From a virus (taxonomy: Duplodnaviria; Caudoviricetes), in IMG/VR virus record IMGVR_UViG_3300046804_004556, positions 1 through 56,823 of that record: DNA of 56,823 nt; one strand, given 5' to 3'. Under the pieces are notes generated by a model. That model was not told the DNA's origin, searched no databases, and worked only from the letters and a program-made list of their open reading frames with translations. The position numbers and the translations under genes were made by a program. Of this stretch, positions 46,073-55,700 are shown piece by piece (the first letter of the stretch is position 1; the number at the start of each line of letters is the position of its first letter).

Positions 46073-47056
46073 TTAATTTAATACTTTATTCATATAGTTT
46101 AACCATATGTCTTTATGGTAATAAGATTTATATGAATCTTTAGCCATTTTACTACAATGCTCGTAAAAATCTTTATTTTCTTTTAAGTTCTTAGCTAAGT
46201 TTCTTGCAGAGTAAATATCTTCCACATCTACTGATAATAGTGGATGACATGCTGATTGCGTATCTACTTCTTTGTTTCCTATACACGGTATTCCAAAATA
46301 CGCGCAGTTTAGACTAAAAGTTCCTGCTGCAACCGTTGGCATTAAATGCACAGCGTATTTGAATTTAGATAATTCTTGCATCCATTGATTCCATAGCATT
46401 CTTGGAAAGTGATTTATATTTTCAAGTTGATCTTCGTATTGTCTTTTTGAGTGAGAATCTTGAGCCCAAATAGGCACACCGAATTCTTGAGCTACGGTAT
46501 AGCTTTCGAATCCTCCATACCATCTAGAGAAGTTACCACCAATGATCGCCAGATCTGTTTTAATAGGCTCTATATCTTTTATTAGAGTTTCTATCATAAG
46601 CGTTTGCATTACGTGAACAGGCTTATCAGGAAACATTCCTATATAATATCTTCTGTCTTGTTGATTATGCGCAAATATGCTATCGCATTCACTTATAAGA
46701 TTATAGAAGTTTATCTGATCTACTATCTCGTAATCATTAAATAACCAGTGAGGACCTTCTTGAACAAAGTGTACTTTTTTATTATTTATTTTAAGTACTC
46801 TTAAAAAATTAGAATATAATAAATTGCTTACTGGATTTATTTTATCAACGAGTTTTGATCCAATTGCATTTAGATAGACTTCTCCTTTTGGGAATATTAA
46901 AAAAACGTGGTCGTAATCTATAACATTTTCGTACGTAGAAATATGATAATGGTCAGCATTAAGTGCATTCATCCAAGCGAACTCCGTTCTCATATTTGGA
47001 TGATCCTCTTGAATCTTCCCTTGAAATGCCATTTCTGTTAAAAAAGCTATTCTCAT
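46073..47056 (-). CDS. Putative GT-B glycosyltransferase
   Basis: C-terminal AGTF.LNCA..G.PCIG nucleotide-sugar-binding-like motif; context. Confidence 0.55.
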   Translation of the reverse strand: MRIAFLTEMAFQGKIQEDHPNMRTEFAWMNALNADHYHISTYENVIDYDHVFLIFPKGEVYLNAIGSKLVDKINPVSNLLYSNFLRVLKINNKKVHFVQEGPHWLFNDYEIVDQINFYNLISECDSIFAHNQQDRRYYIGMFPDKPVHVMQTLMIETLIKDIEPIKTDLAIIGGNFSRWYGGFESYTVAQEFGVPIWAQDSHSKRQYEDQLENINHFPRMLWNQWMQELSKFKYAVHLMPTVAAGTFSLNCAYFGIPCIGNKEVDTQSACHPLLSVDVEDIYSARNLAKNLKENKDFYEHCSKMAKDSYKSYYHKDIWLNYMNKVLN

Positions 47057-48366
47057 AAATAAGATATAAACTTGTCTAGTATTGTTTCTATGTAATCTGT
47101 TTTTTCTTTGTTGATAACAGGACTGGTTCCCAAAAAGAATGTGTCTGTTGTAACTTTTCTTGCTATAGGATATTTCTCTATAACCTCTTTTGGATCCATT
47201 AGACCAGTATATGCTGGTTGTAACATTATATTTCCTGCAAAATATGGTCTTGTTTGTATTTTATTCGCTTCAAAGAATTGACAAATATCTGATCTTTTAA
47301 ATGGAGCATCATCTCTTAAAGTTACAGGAAAAGCAAACCAGTCTGGATCGGATAGTGGTTGCGCTTCATGTAAATGAAAATATTGTTCATATTTAGAGAA
47401 TGCTTTGAAGAGGTTTGTGTAATTCTCTCTTCTCTTTTGACCAATCTCTTCTAACTTCTTCATTTGTACTAATCCAATCGAAGCTTGTAATTCTATTGGT
47501 TTTAAATTGTAGCCTATTTCTTCGTAAACGTATTTGTGATCGAACAAGTCTTCTGGTAATGATGGAAGCCAATTACTAAATCTACAATCACAAGATCCAT
47601 TAGCTAGCAAATTCTGTTTTCCTACGCAATAACAACCTCTTCCCCACTCTCTAAAACTTCTTACAATTCTTTCTGTATCTAAATCTTTCATCGCAACAAA
47701 TCCCCCTTCTCCTATTGTCATGTGATGTGCTGGATAGAATGAGCAGCTAGCCATTTCGCCAAAAGATCCTAATTTTTTTCCGTCATATGTAGAACCCAAA
47801 GCATCACAACAATCTTCTAATAGAATTAAATTGTATTTCTCTATAATTTCCATCAATCTATTCATATTTGGAGGATTTCCCAATACGTGAGCGAAAGTAA
47901 TTATTTTTGCATCTGGGTTATCTATGCATGCTTGCTCAACTTGATCTAAATCTAAATTGAGGGTTTGTAATTCAATATCAACAAAAATTGGAGTAAAACC
48001 TACTTGAAGTATTGGATTAATTGTAGTTGGAAATCCTGCAATGGGTGTTATAACTTTAGTGCCTTTTGCAAAATTTCTACCTCTTTTAGAAGTCATGGCA
48101 AGCATCATTAAAAGATTTGCGCTTGATCCGCTATTAGCTAGTAATCCAAATCTCTTACCAAATTTTTCAGGAAAAGTCTTTTCAAATTTTATTGCGTCTG
48201 CTCCTAAAACTAGCCATTCTCCTAATAAACTTTTTACAGCCGCTATATACTCTTTAGAATCGAAATATGGTCCTGCGTATTGCACCCAATCTTTACCAGC
48301 TTCCCATTTTTTTTCTGAGTGTTTCTTTTCAATAAATTCTTCAACTAATTTTAAAATCTCTTGCAT
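47053..48366 (-). CDS. rfbH: NDP-4-keto-6-deoxyhexose 3-dehydrase (RfbH/DdhC, E1)
   Basis: 437 aa; NSGSSANL, FPTT.NP, AH.LGNP, EDCCDALG, SFYPAHH.T.GEGG (His in place of the PLP Lys), WGR.CYC...C..RF Fe-S Cys, DHKY.Y..IGYNLK. Confidence 0.9.
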   Translation of the reverse strand: MQEILKLVEEFIEKKHSEKKWEAGKDWVQYAGPYFDSKEYIAAVKSLLGEWLVLGADAIKFEKTFPEKFGKRFGLLANSGSSANLLMMLAMTSKRGRNFAKGTKVITPIAGFPTTINPILQVGFTPIFVDIELQTLNLDLDQVEQACIDNPDAKIITFAHVLGNPPNMNRLMEIIEKYNLILLEDCCDALGSTYDGKKLGSFGEMASCSFYPAHHMTIGEGGFVAMKDLDTERIVRSFREWGRGCYCVGKQNLLANGSCDCRFSNWLPSLPEDLFDHKYVYEEIGYNLKPIELQASIGLVQMKKLEEIGQKRRENYTNLFKAFSKYEQYFHLHEAQPLSDPDWFAFPVTLRDDAPFKRSDICQFFEANKIQTRPYFAGNIMLQPAYTGLMDPKEVIEKYPIARKVTTDTFFLGTSPVINKEKTDYIETILDKFISYL

Positions 48367-48371
48367 AACAT

Positions 48372-49283
48372 TTATTTTCTTATATTGTGATAATTCAATT
48401 TAAACCATTCTACTGTCTTTTGTAAACCTATTTCTAAAGTAGTAAAATTATATTCACCAATTACACTTAATAATTTTTTATTAGATGATGGTTTTCTGTG
48501 TTGTCCATTTGGTTTGTCTTTTAACCATACTACTTCTCCTTCAAATTCCATGTATTTTACTATTAAGTCGACTACTTGTTTTATACTATACTCTTTAGGA
48601 TTCGATATGATGATTGGACTCGTTTCTTTGTAATTATCAATCAATAGTCCTACAATATTTGCAACGTCCTCAGAAAAAATAAATTCTCGTAATGCAGAGC
48701 CATCTCCCCAAACCTCAAATGGAGTATTATTTATTTTCGATAAATAACACTTGTGTATTAACATTGGTATAACATGACCATTCTGTAAATCAAAATTATC
48801 ATTAATGCCGTACACATTACATGGTATTACAGAAAAATACTGGGTACCATATTGTTTATTATAAGCTTGGATCTGGACATCTGCCATTCTTTTCGCATAA
48901 GCATACGCCGCATTAGTAAAATGAGGTTCTCCTTTATGTATTTTTGATTCGTCAAGAGGATAATCTATATTATCAGGAAATACGCATGTTGATAAAAAAC
49001 AAACCAATTTTTTTACATTGTTCAAATAAGCATGGTGAATAATATTTGTATTCATCATTATATTATCATAGTAAAAATTAGCAGGATAATTCATATTAGC
49101 TCCAACTCCTCCTACTCTCGCTGCTGTATGAATTACCACATTGGGTTTTGTATCTTTAAATAATTTTTCAACTTCACTTTGAGAAGTTAAATTATAATCT
49201 TTAGATCCTATTTTTAATCCTTCACGGAATGCGGATCCAATTAGACCGGTTCCACCGGTGATAATAGTGTTATTTTTTTCCAT
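48372..49283 (-). CDS. fcl: GDP-L-fucose synthase
   Basis: AARVGG..AN, STC.FP, YAYAKR, P.N.YG..DNF, HV.P, WG.G...REF. Confidence 0.88.
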   Translation of the reverse strand: MEKNNTIITGGTGLIGSAFREGLKIGSKDYNLTSQSEVEKLFKDTKPNVVIHTAARVGGVGANMNYPANFYYDNIMMNTNIIHHAYLNNVKKLVCFLSTCVFPDNIDYPLDESKIHKGEPHFTNAAYAYAKRMADVQIQAYNKQYGTQYFSVIPCNVYGINDNFDLQNGHVIPMLIHKCYLSKINNTPFEVWGDGSALREFIFSEDVANIVGLLIDNYKETSPIIISNPKEYSIKQVVDLIVKYMEFEGEVVWLKDKPNGQHRKPSSNKKLLSVIGEYNFTTLEIGLQKTVEWFKLNYHNIRK

Positions 49284-50247
49284 AATAAGTTATCCAATAT
49301 TCTATCATTTCATCCAACATAGTTTCAAATGTATAACTAGGTTGCCAACCGGTCAATTGTCTTAATTTAGTAGAATCGCCTTTTAAATTGTGCAATTCTT
49401 CTGGTCTTAGAAACTTTTCATCTTGCTTTACGTAATCTTTCCAATCAAGTTGTAATTTAGAAAATGTGTATTCACATAAGTCTTTGACTGAGTGAGATAT
49501 TCCTGTCGCGCAAACAAAATCCCCAGGTTGATCTTGTTGAAGTATCATATGCATTGCTCTAACATAATCCTTAGCATGTCCCCAATCTCTTGTAGCATCG
49601 AGATTTCCTAACTTTAATTCATTCGATAATCCAAATTTTATTTTAACAGCTTCTTTACAAACTTTATTTGTAACAAAATTTGTACCTCTTCTTGGAGACT
49701 CGTGATTAAACAGTATTCCATTAGACACAAACATATTATACGAATGTCGATAATTCCTACTTATATTATAAGCAAAAACTTTTGCGCAACCATAAGGAGA
49801 AACTGGGTTCAGTGGAGTTGATTCTCTTTGAAATCCATCTGAATCTATAGAATTTCCAAACATTTCTGATGAGGATGCTTGATATATTTTTATAGATGGA
49901 TCTATTTCTTTTACTACTTCCAATAAATTCAATACACTAATTCCTGTTGCGTTTGCTGTATATATAGGTTGGTCAAAAGATATTCTAACGTGACTTTGAG
50001 CAGCTAAGTTATAAATCTCATGAGGTCTAACTGTATTAACAATCCTTAAAAGAGATGCGATATCAGTAACATCAGCATAATGTAGTTTTATATTGCTATA
50101 TATAGCGTCTAATCTAGCAGTTTGATTTTCTGCGACTGAGTTTCTTTTTAGAATGCCGTGTACTTCATATCCTATCTCTATTAAATACTCTGCCAAATAA
50201 GATCCATCTTGTCCATTTATTCCACTAATTAAGGCTTTTTTTATCAT
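49270..50247 (-). CDS. gmd: GDP-mannose 4,6-dehydratase
   Basis: GI.GQDGSYLAE, NLAAQSHV..SF, YQASSSE.FG, SPY..AK, GILFNHESPRRG..FVT.K, RDWGHA.DYV. Confidence 0.93.
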   Translation of the reverse strand: MIKKALISGINGQDGSYLAEYLIEIGYEVHGILKRNSVAENQTARLDAIYSNIKLHYADVTDIASLLRIVNTVRPHEIYNLAAQSHVRISFDQPIYTANATGISVLNLLEVVKEIDPSIKIYQASSSEMFGNSIDSDGFQRESTPLNPVSPYGCAKVFAYNISRNYRHSYNMFVSNGILFNHESPRRGTNFVTNKVCKEAVKIKFGLSNELKLGNLDATRDWGHAKDYVRAMHMILQQDQPGDFVCATGISHSVKDLCEYTFSKLQLDWKDYVKQDEKFLRPEELHNLKGDSTKLRQLTGWQPSYTFETMLDEMIEYWITYYGKK

Positions 50248-50861
50248 ATTTTTGAATATAGTGTGTTTTGTTCTTCTTGTCTTTTTATGTGTTTGTGATG
50301 CAGAATGCAGTATTCTTCATCAATTGGAAGAAGCGCATGATTTTGATAGCCATATATTATTTCATGGACTTTTCCTACCCATTTTATCTTTGGACTATTC
50401 TGAATTATTCGTGTTTGATAATCTGGAAAATTTACCCAGCCATTATGATTAACATGCCATTTCCACATGTCTATATGATCTTGAGTTAAACCATCGACTG
50501 TATTTATTCTTGGCACACAAAATAAATGTATAGTAGGATTATCTTGAAGTATTGTGTGAATGTTTTGCATTAACCATGTACTTAACATTTCGTCAGCATC
50601 TATTTGAAATATCCACTCGCCTGTACAATGGGATTTTAAAGTATTTTTAAAAAATGCGAAATCTCTATTGAGAGGTATTTGACAAACTTTTATTTTATCT
50701 CCAAAATTTGATAGCACTTCATAGACTTCTTTAGTAGTATTCCCTTGATCGCATTGAACGACTATTTCGTCTTGAGACTGTTTGTATTCTAATAAAAAAT
50801 TTATTAATCTATTGACTTCTATGTGCTCATTACACACAGGTATAGCATAACTTATTCTCAT
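50244..50861 (-). CDS. GT2-family glycosyltransferase
   Basis: ISYAI...NE, DFA..KN, WIFQIDADE, PDYQ.R, VHE. Confidence 0.8.
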   Translation of the reverse strand: MRISYAIPVCNEHIEVNRLINFLLEYKQSQDEIVVQCDQGNTTKEVYEVLSNFGDKIKVCQIPLNRDFAFFKNTLKSHCTGEWIFQIDADEMLSTWLMQNIHTILQDNPTIHLFCVPRINTVDGLTQDHIDMWKWHVNHNGWVNFPDYQTRIIQNSPKIKWVGKVHEIIYGYQNHALLPIDEEYCILHHKHIKRQEEQNTLYSKI

Positions 50862-50870
50862 TTGTAGTTT

Positions 50871-51314
50871 TTAAATAGAAAAAAATCCAATATAATCTAA
50901 AGCTTCGACGAAATCTTTTTCAAATGACTTAAGACTTGATGAATCTGATTTATGTGTTTGATTTTTGAATCTAGGATTTTGTCTGTCTTCTTCGCTCAAT
51001 TCTACGCTTTTTATTGCGGACCATGTCCATGTTTCTTTTGATTTTCCGTTAGCAAATACTGTTCCTTTCCCCATTATATTTATTGACTGAGGATACCAAT
51101 ATCTACCGTTATCATCTAATCTCTTAATGTCTTTATACAATTCAGGTAGAGTTTCTTCATATTGCTCTATATCGAACTCTCCTATTTTCATTAAATCGTT
51201 TGACGAATATCCGCATCCGAAACAAGAGTACGAATTATGTTTTTCGTTTAGAGGAACAACATAACAAGCCGCTTTTTCTTTACAGAGAGGACATTCAACT
51301 AATTTATCAATCAT
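50871..51314 (-). CDS. Zn-ribbon hypothetical protein
   Basis: CPLC...CFGCG. Confidence 0.6.
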   Translation of the reverse strand: MIDKLVECPLCKEKAACYVVPLNEKHNSYSCFGCGYSSNDLMKIGEFDIEQYEETLPELYKDIKRLDDNGRYWYPQSINIMGKGTVFANGKSKETWTWSAIKSVELSEEDRQNPRFKNQTHKSDSSSLKSFEKDFVEALDYIGFFSI

Positions 51315-51516
51315 GTAATGTAATTTTATCGTTAGTTGTATTTATTGAGTAATTTGATCTTTCTATGTTGTAATTATGCAATTTAATTTCATCTTGTTTA
51401 AGATCTACACTATTCAATTTATCGCATATATCTTCCCATTGTTTAGGTGTAATGTTGTATGGATTAGATGCTTGTACAAAACCTCTAAACCATATTATAA
51501 ATTCTCTTGGACTCAT
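51307..51516 (-). CDS. Hypothetical protein (EF..W..GF...QW..I..KL..V)
   Basis: ORF track; ATGA overlap. Confidence 0.55.
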   Translation of the reverse strand: MSPREFIIWFRGFVQASNPYNITPKQWEDICDKLNSVDLKQDEIKLHNYNIERSNYSINTTNDKITLHD

Positions 51517-52829
51517 AGTGCTTCTTCTTTTTTCAATGATGGTAATTGTATTTTCTTCAATGTCGGTAATTTTAGCTCCATTTTTTTAGGTACCAATTCT
51601 AAAAATTCATTCAATTTATCTTTCATTTTTTCAAATGAAAAATCAGTTTTGCATCTATATGCCTGTCTTTTAGCTCCGTCTACATACTTATCATAATTTT
51701 CAAAAACATCTCTCACATAGTATTTAACTTCTCCTATATTTGGACTAAACCACGCTGATTCTTGAAGAATTATATTTTGAACCACAGCTGAAGGATGTAC
51801 TTGTTTTACTTCTCCTCCAACTAAACAAGAATAATCTTTATTTAAAAAATCAATGTGACCAGACCAATTTGTGGTTATTATTGGTTTTTTAGAAGTTGTG
51901 AATTCTAATAATGGTCTACCGAATCCTTCTCCTTTAGTTAGATTAAGCATCGCTTTAACTTTTGGATGATTATATAAATTATTCATGTCCTCATCTTCGA
52001 GTTCTCCGTGCAATAGATATATATTTGGTAAATCTTTATCAGGAAACATACTTCTAATCGACTCAATTTTTTCTAATATTGCATGTCTATCCATCACGCT
52101 AGCTCCTGCACCAGATGTTTTTAGGATCAATCCTGGCTTTTGTTTTTTTCCTTTAAACATATCTAAAAATGTATACAGTAATAGTCCCACATTTTTTCTG
52201 TCTTCTCCTAAATCGCCCTGTAGCCAGTGTCCTACGAATAAGTAACAAAATGATTCTTTTATCTCATTTAGTGATTGTACTAATTTTGTTTTTTCTAATT
52301 TATTCTCTTCTATATAAAAATACTTTTCTAAATTAACACCTTCGAAAAGAACCTCTACTGGTTTTTCAATTTTAATGTGTCTAATTACTTGATTTGTTTG
52401 TTGATTTCTCTCTTCGAATGATGTGTTTTCGAAAACATTTTTGGCATGATTAGAAGAAACTAATGTGATGTTCATTCTATTTACTCCATCTATCCATGAA
52501 GGATCACAAATAGTTGTCTCTATTCCTGCTGTCATACCAATATTATATTTGCCTATTGGTTGGAATTCATTTGGCACAGTTATTTGTATCCAAATATCAG
52601 GTTGTTGAGGTATTTGATTATTTTGACTTATGAGTGGTAGTAACCATCCCCATTCAGATTCATTTTCTTTTATATAATTCCATGGAGTATTACCCCATCT
52701 TTGAGCCAGAATTTCTATTTTCCATTCATCTTTTTTTAGATCGTATAATGCTTTTACGAGATCTCTTGCTCTTGCTCCGTATCCTGAATGTGTATCAATA
52801 GGACAAGATATTACACAGTATTGTTTCAT
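51513..52829 (-). CDS. GT4-like (GT-B) glycosyltransferase
   Basis: SGYG...R, DRKN...L, GEGFGRPLLE....KP.I.TNWSG..DF. Confidence 0.8.
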   Translation of the reverse strand: MKQYCVISCPIDTHSGYGARARDLVKALYDLKKDEWKIEILAQRWGNTPWNYIKENESEWGWLLPLISQNNQIPQQPDIWIQITVPNEFQPIGKYNIGMTAGIETTICDPSWIDGVNRMNITLVSSNHAKNVFENTSFEERNQQTNQVIRHIKIEKPVEVLFEGVNLEKYFYIEENKLEKTKLVQSLNEIKESFCYLFVGHWLQGDLGEDRKNVGLLLYTFLDMFKGKKQKPGLILKTSGAGASVMDRHAILEKIESIRSMFPDKDLPNIYLLHGELEDEDMNNLYNHPKVKAMLNLTKGEGFGRPLLEFTTSKKPIITTNWSGHIDFLNKDYSCLVGGEVKQVHPSAVVQNIILQESAWFSPNIGEVKYYVRDVFENYDKYVDGAKRQAYRCKTDFSFEKMKDKLNEFLELVPKKMELKLPTLKKIQLPSLKKEEAL

Positions 52830-52830
52830 A

Positions 52831-54273
52831 TTAGTATGTTAGTGGGTGAAGAAGTTTTTTTCTTGGTAATTTATCTATTTTTATTAATTCAAAATTATCT
52901 CTTTTCTGGAATGTATCGATAGTTTTATCTACGGTAGTAATAAATTTCTCACACATTTTTCTTGCACTCATTTCAGATTCATTAGATTGTACCCATTTTC
53001 TTCCTTCCATTCCTCGTCTCTCTCTTTCTTGTAGAGGTAATTCATATACTTGTTGAATAGCTTTTGTAATATCTCTAAAATCTGCTCTATCGTCAAATAT
53101 ATACGGAGTCGGTATTGATCCAACAATACTCATATTAGTGGGAAAAACAGGAATTGCCCATTCTCCACACTTCTTATATTTTCCAAAATGATTAGAACAG
53201 AAATTTTCATCAAAATCTATCCAATTTCCATTCTCATCTTCGAATCTTAATTGATCTTGCATTCCACCAGTAACATTCGCTATAATCATTTTTCCACACA
53301 TCATAGATTCTGTCAAAGATAATCCCCAACCTTCGTTAGAAGAAATCAAACACGTTACATCTGCCATATTGTAATATAAGTTTATATCAAATGTAGATGT
53401 TCGGCCTTTTGTAAAAGTGACTTTTTGATATTCTGGATCACAAAAAAGATCTATAACGGCTGGTAAATCTGTTCCATTATCGTCCGCTCTGTCAGTGTGT
53501 AATAACAATCTGCATTTTTTTGCTTTCTCTTTTCCGATTGATTCACAAAATTGAGCATACGCAGCAATTAAATCAGATGTAGATTTTCTCCTAATATTTC
53601 TTGCATTATAGAATACAACGAATTCAGGTTGATCTTCGCCGAATAATTCTTTCTTTTTATCAGTCAATTTCTGATAATCGTCCTTCATATATTCATTTAT
53701 GGGATAAAACATTTTTTCGTTTATACCGTGAGGAAGATATTCAATAATCTTGTCTTTTGCTTTATCTCCTAGAACCAATCTATTTATATTCCTAGTTTGT
53801 TTAGAGATAGCGAGAAGAGTATCACAAGATTCATAATATGGTTTATTGTAAATAGGAGCAGGTAAATCGTCCCAAATGTTCAAATAGATCATTGGAATTT
53901 TCTTTCTGATCTCATTCTCTATTTGAAATAACCAAATCCAATATCTTGGATCAGTGAACATCATCAACGCATCTGGCTTTTCGATGTTAATAATTTGCCT
54001 AACTGCTTCTGGAGATCCGTATCCAGATATAGGATAAATGTAAACGGAAGAATCTTCTATGCCTGATACTTGATTTGTATCTTGGCAAAGATCTAATCTT
54101 TTACCTTGATCTGGGTGGTTAATTGCACCTCCCATATTTACCCAATTAAATCTATGAGCTGTACCTACAACAAGCTCTCTTGCCACTGTTGAAATACCGG
54201 ACGTCATTCTTATATCGTCCGAAAGTAATAGGATTTTTTTTCTTTTGTCTTTTGGAATGTAACCTTCTTTCAT
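52831..54273 (-). CDS. GT4-like (GT-B) glycosyltransferase
   Basis: KILLLSDD.R..SG, PHGI, RN.RRK, S.NEGWGL...E.M..G..II...TGG..DQ. Confidence 0.82.
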   Translation of the reverse strand: MKEGYIPKDKRKKILLLSDDIRMTSGISTVARELVVGTAHRFNWVNMGGAINHPDQGKRLDLCQDTNQVSGIEDSSVYIYPISGYGSPEAVRQIINIEKPDALMMFTDPRYWIWLFQIENEIRKKIPMIYLNIWDDLPAPIYNKPYYESCDTLLAISKQTRNINRLVLGDKAKDKIIEYLPHGINEKMFYPINEYMKDDYQKLTDKKKELFGEDQPEFVVFYNARNIRRKSTSDLIAAYAQFCESIGKEKAKKCRLLLHTDRADDNGTDLPAVIDLFCDPEYQKVTFTKGRTSTFDINLYYNMADVTCLISSNEGWGLSLTESMMCGKMIIANVTGGMQDQLRFEDENGNWIDFDENFCSNHFGKYKKCGEWAIPVFPTNMSIVGSIPTPYIFDDRADFRDITKAIQQVYELPLQERERRGMEGRKWVQSNESEMSARKMCEKFITTVDKTIDTFQKRDNFELIKIDKLPRKKLLHPLTY

Positions 54274-54277
54274 TTGT

Positions 54278-54493
54278 TTATTTTATTGCGTTTAATACAT
54301 CACTTCCCGTGTAATAGGTGTTGAATTGGTTATGTACCATCTGTCTAAAGTTTGCCTCTGTCAGATACAAGTATATTGATCTTTCAACTAGATCTTGTAA
54401 ATTCATTTTTGTTCTTACATTCATAATTTTAAAATCTTGATATAGATTATCAGGAATTTTAACAGATGTAATTAATCTTTTGTCATTTTTCAT
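54278..54493 (-). CDS. Ribbon-helix-helix-like DNA-binding protein
   Basis: LITSVKI...LY..FK.......LQ.LV.R.I.LY. Confidence 0.55.
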   Translation of the reverse strand: MKNDKRLITSVKIPDNLYQDFKIMNVRTKMNLQDLVERSIYLYLTEANFRQMVHNQFNTYYTGSDVLNAIK

Positions 54494-54558
54494 TTTTATT
54501 ATTTATAATAAATATACGTAAATATAAATTATAAATACATAAATAAAAAAAAATATCT

Positions 54559-55461
54559 CTACTGTCTATTACAAAGATCTGGTTTATTATTGAATGGGCA
54601 ATATGTGCATGATTTTAAATCTTTAGGATAATCTCTATTAATTAGACTACCACTATTATCGTAACAACTACTGACGAACTGTTCAAATTCGTTAACAGCA
54701 TTATCTACTTTCTTCTTACCGTTAGCTGGAGAAAATTCTTGCACTCTGTGAATAGGAAAGTCTGGATTCTCAAATGGTTTTCTTTTAACTATAAAAAACT
54801 TAACGTCTATTTTTTCTGTTGGTACTTTTAGAATTTTAGCGTAATAGTTTTTATATAAAAGAATCTGATTGAGCTTGATCTTATCTCGTTTATCGTTATC
54901 ATTCCAACCTCTTGTTGAGGTTTTTATGTCATATATAGTATATGATTCTGTATTTTTTTCGTAAAGAACCATATCTATTGAACCTATCATGAAAACATTT
55001 GGAGAAGATTCAGATATTCTCGCTTTCATTGGTATTTCTATGCCTACTAATTTTGTGTTTCTGATGTTGAAATACTGTGCTCTTCTTTTTTTAATCCACT
55101 CCAATATAGTTGTTCCATCAGAAATGAATCCCTTAAATTCGTCTGGCTTTATGAAATGAACATTGTTATTGCTTTCATAGACTTCTTTATAGTTAGATAC
55201 CATTCGCTCTTTGAGATATGTTTCTACATCAAATTCAGTTGCCGCTTTAGCAGATTTTTCGTACATTATTTTTATGTACTCTTGAAAAGTCTCATGAAAA
55301 GAGGTACCAAAAACTAAATGAATTGACGGTTCTGCTGGTTTGAGTTTCTTCACGTATTGAAGATACCAGCGAAATTGACACTGATTGTAGATCGAGTACT
55401 GCGAATAGCTTATACCCTTCTCAGTTGCCCAATTTATATTATAATCTTGTTTTGGAGCCAC
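54559..55461 (-). CDS. PD-(D/E)XK Cas4/RecB-like exonuclease
   Basis: SYSQ...Y..C..RW, GT.FHE, G.ID, D.KT, Q..LY, C..CPF....LC. Confidence 0.8.
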   Translation of the reverse strand: MAPKQDYNINWATEKGISYSQYSIYNQCQFRWYLQYVKKLKPAEPSIHLVFGTSFHETFQEYIKIMYEKSAKAATEFDVETYLKERMVSNYKEVYESNNNVHFIKPDEFKGFISDGTTILEWIKKRRAQYFNIRNTKLVGIEIPMKARISESSPNVFMIGSIDMVLYEKNTESYTIYDIKTSTRGWNDNDKRDKIKLNQILLYKNYYAKILKVPTEKIDVKFFIVKRKPFENPDFPIHRVQEFSPANGKKKVDNAVNEFEQFVSSCYDNSGSLINRDYPKDLKSCTYCPFNNKPDLCNRQ

Positions 55462-55696
55462 CTATAACTTGTTTTATTTTTTGAAGATATAGTATCGCAT
55501 CCATATGTTCTTCTAATGCGTGATTGATCCACTCTTCTAAACTTAAATCTTTTCTATCGAGATCTTTTCCATATTTCTTTTTTCCAAAAGTTGCCCTATC
55601 AATGAATTTATCTACAATAGTATCAACTACTGTGTCAGTTTTTAACACGGTTCTTGAATTGCTTGTATCATAAGCAATTACATTAACGTCTTTCAT
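55439..55696 (-). CDS. Small all-alpha NTP-pyrophosphatase (MazG-like) protein
   Basis: R...G.KKYG..L.R.DL...EW..HA.EE.MD..LYL. Confidence 0.5.
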   Translation of the reverse strand: MKDVNVIAYDTSNSRTVLKTDTVVDTIVDKFIDRATFGKKKYGKDLDRKDLSLEEWINHALEEHMDAILYLQKIKQVIGGSKTRL

Positions 55697-55700
55697 AGAC

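Noticed and set aside
47053-50247. Colitose pathway (gmd-colC-colD)
   Set aside because: The dehydrase has RfbH length and the Fe-S cysteine insertion that ColD lacks; not fully excluded biochemically.
23-52245. Numerous short plus-strand ORFs in the track
   Set aside because: They overlap well-supported minus-strand genes, show no family motifs and often use non-ATG starts.
32428-54273. Bacterial chromosomal LPS/capsule locus
   Set aside because: Flanked by and interleaved with phage-type small genes, nuclease and lysin on one strand; no wzx/wzy/wza or housekeeping genes.
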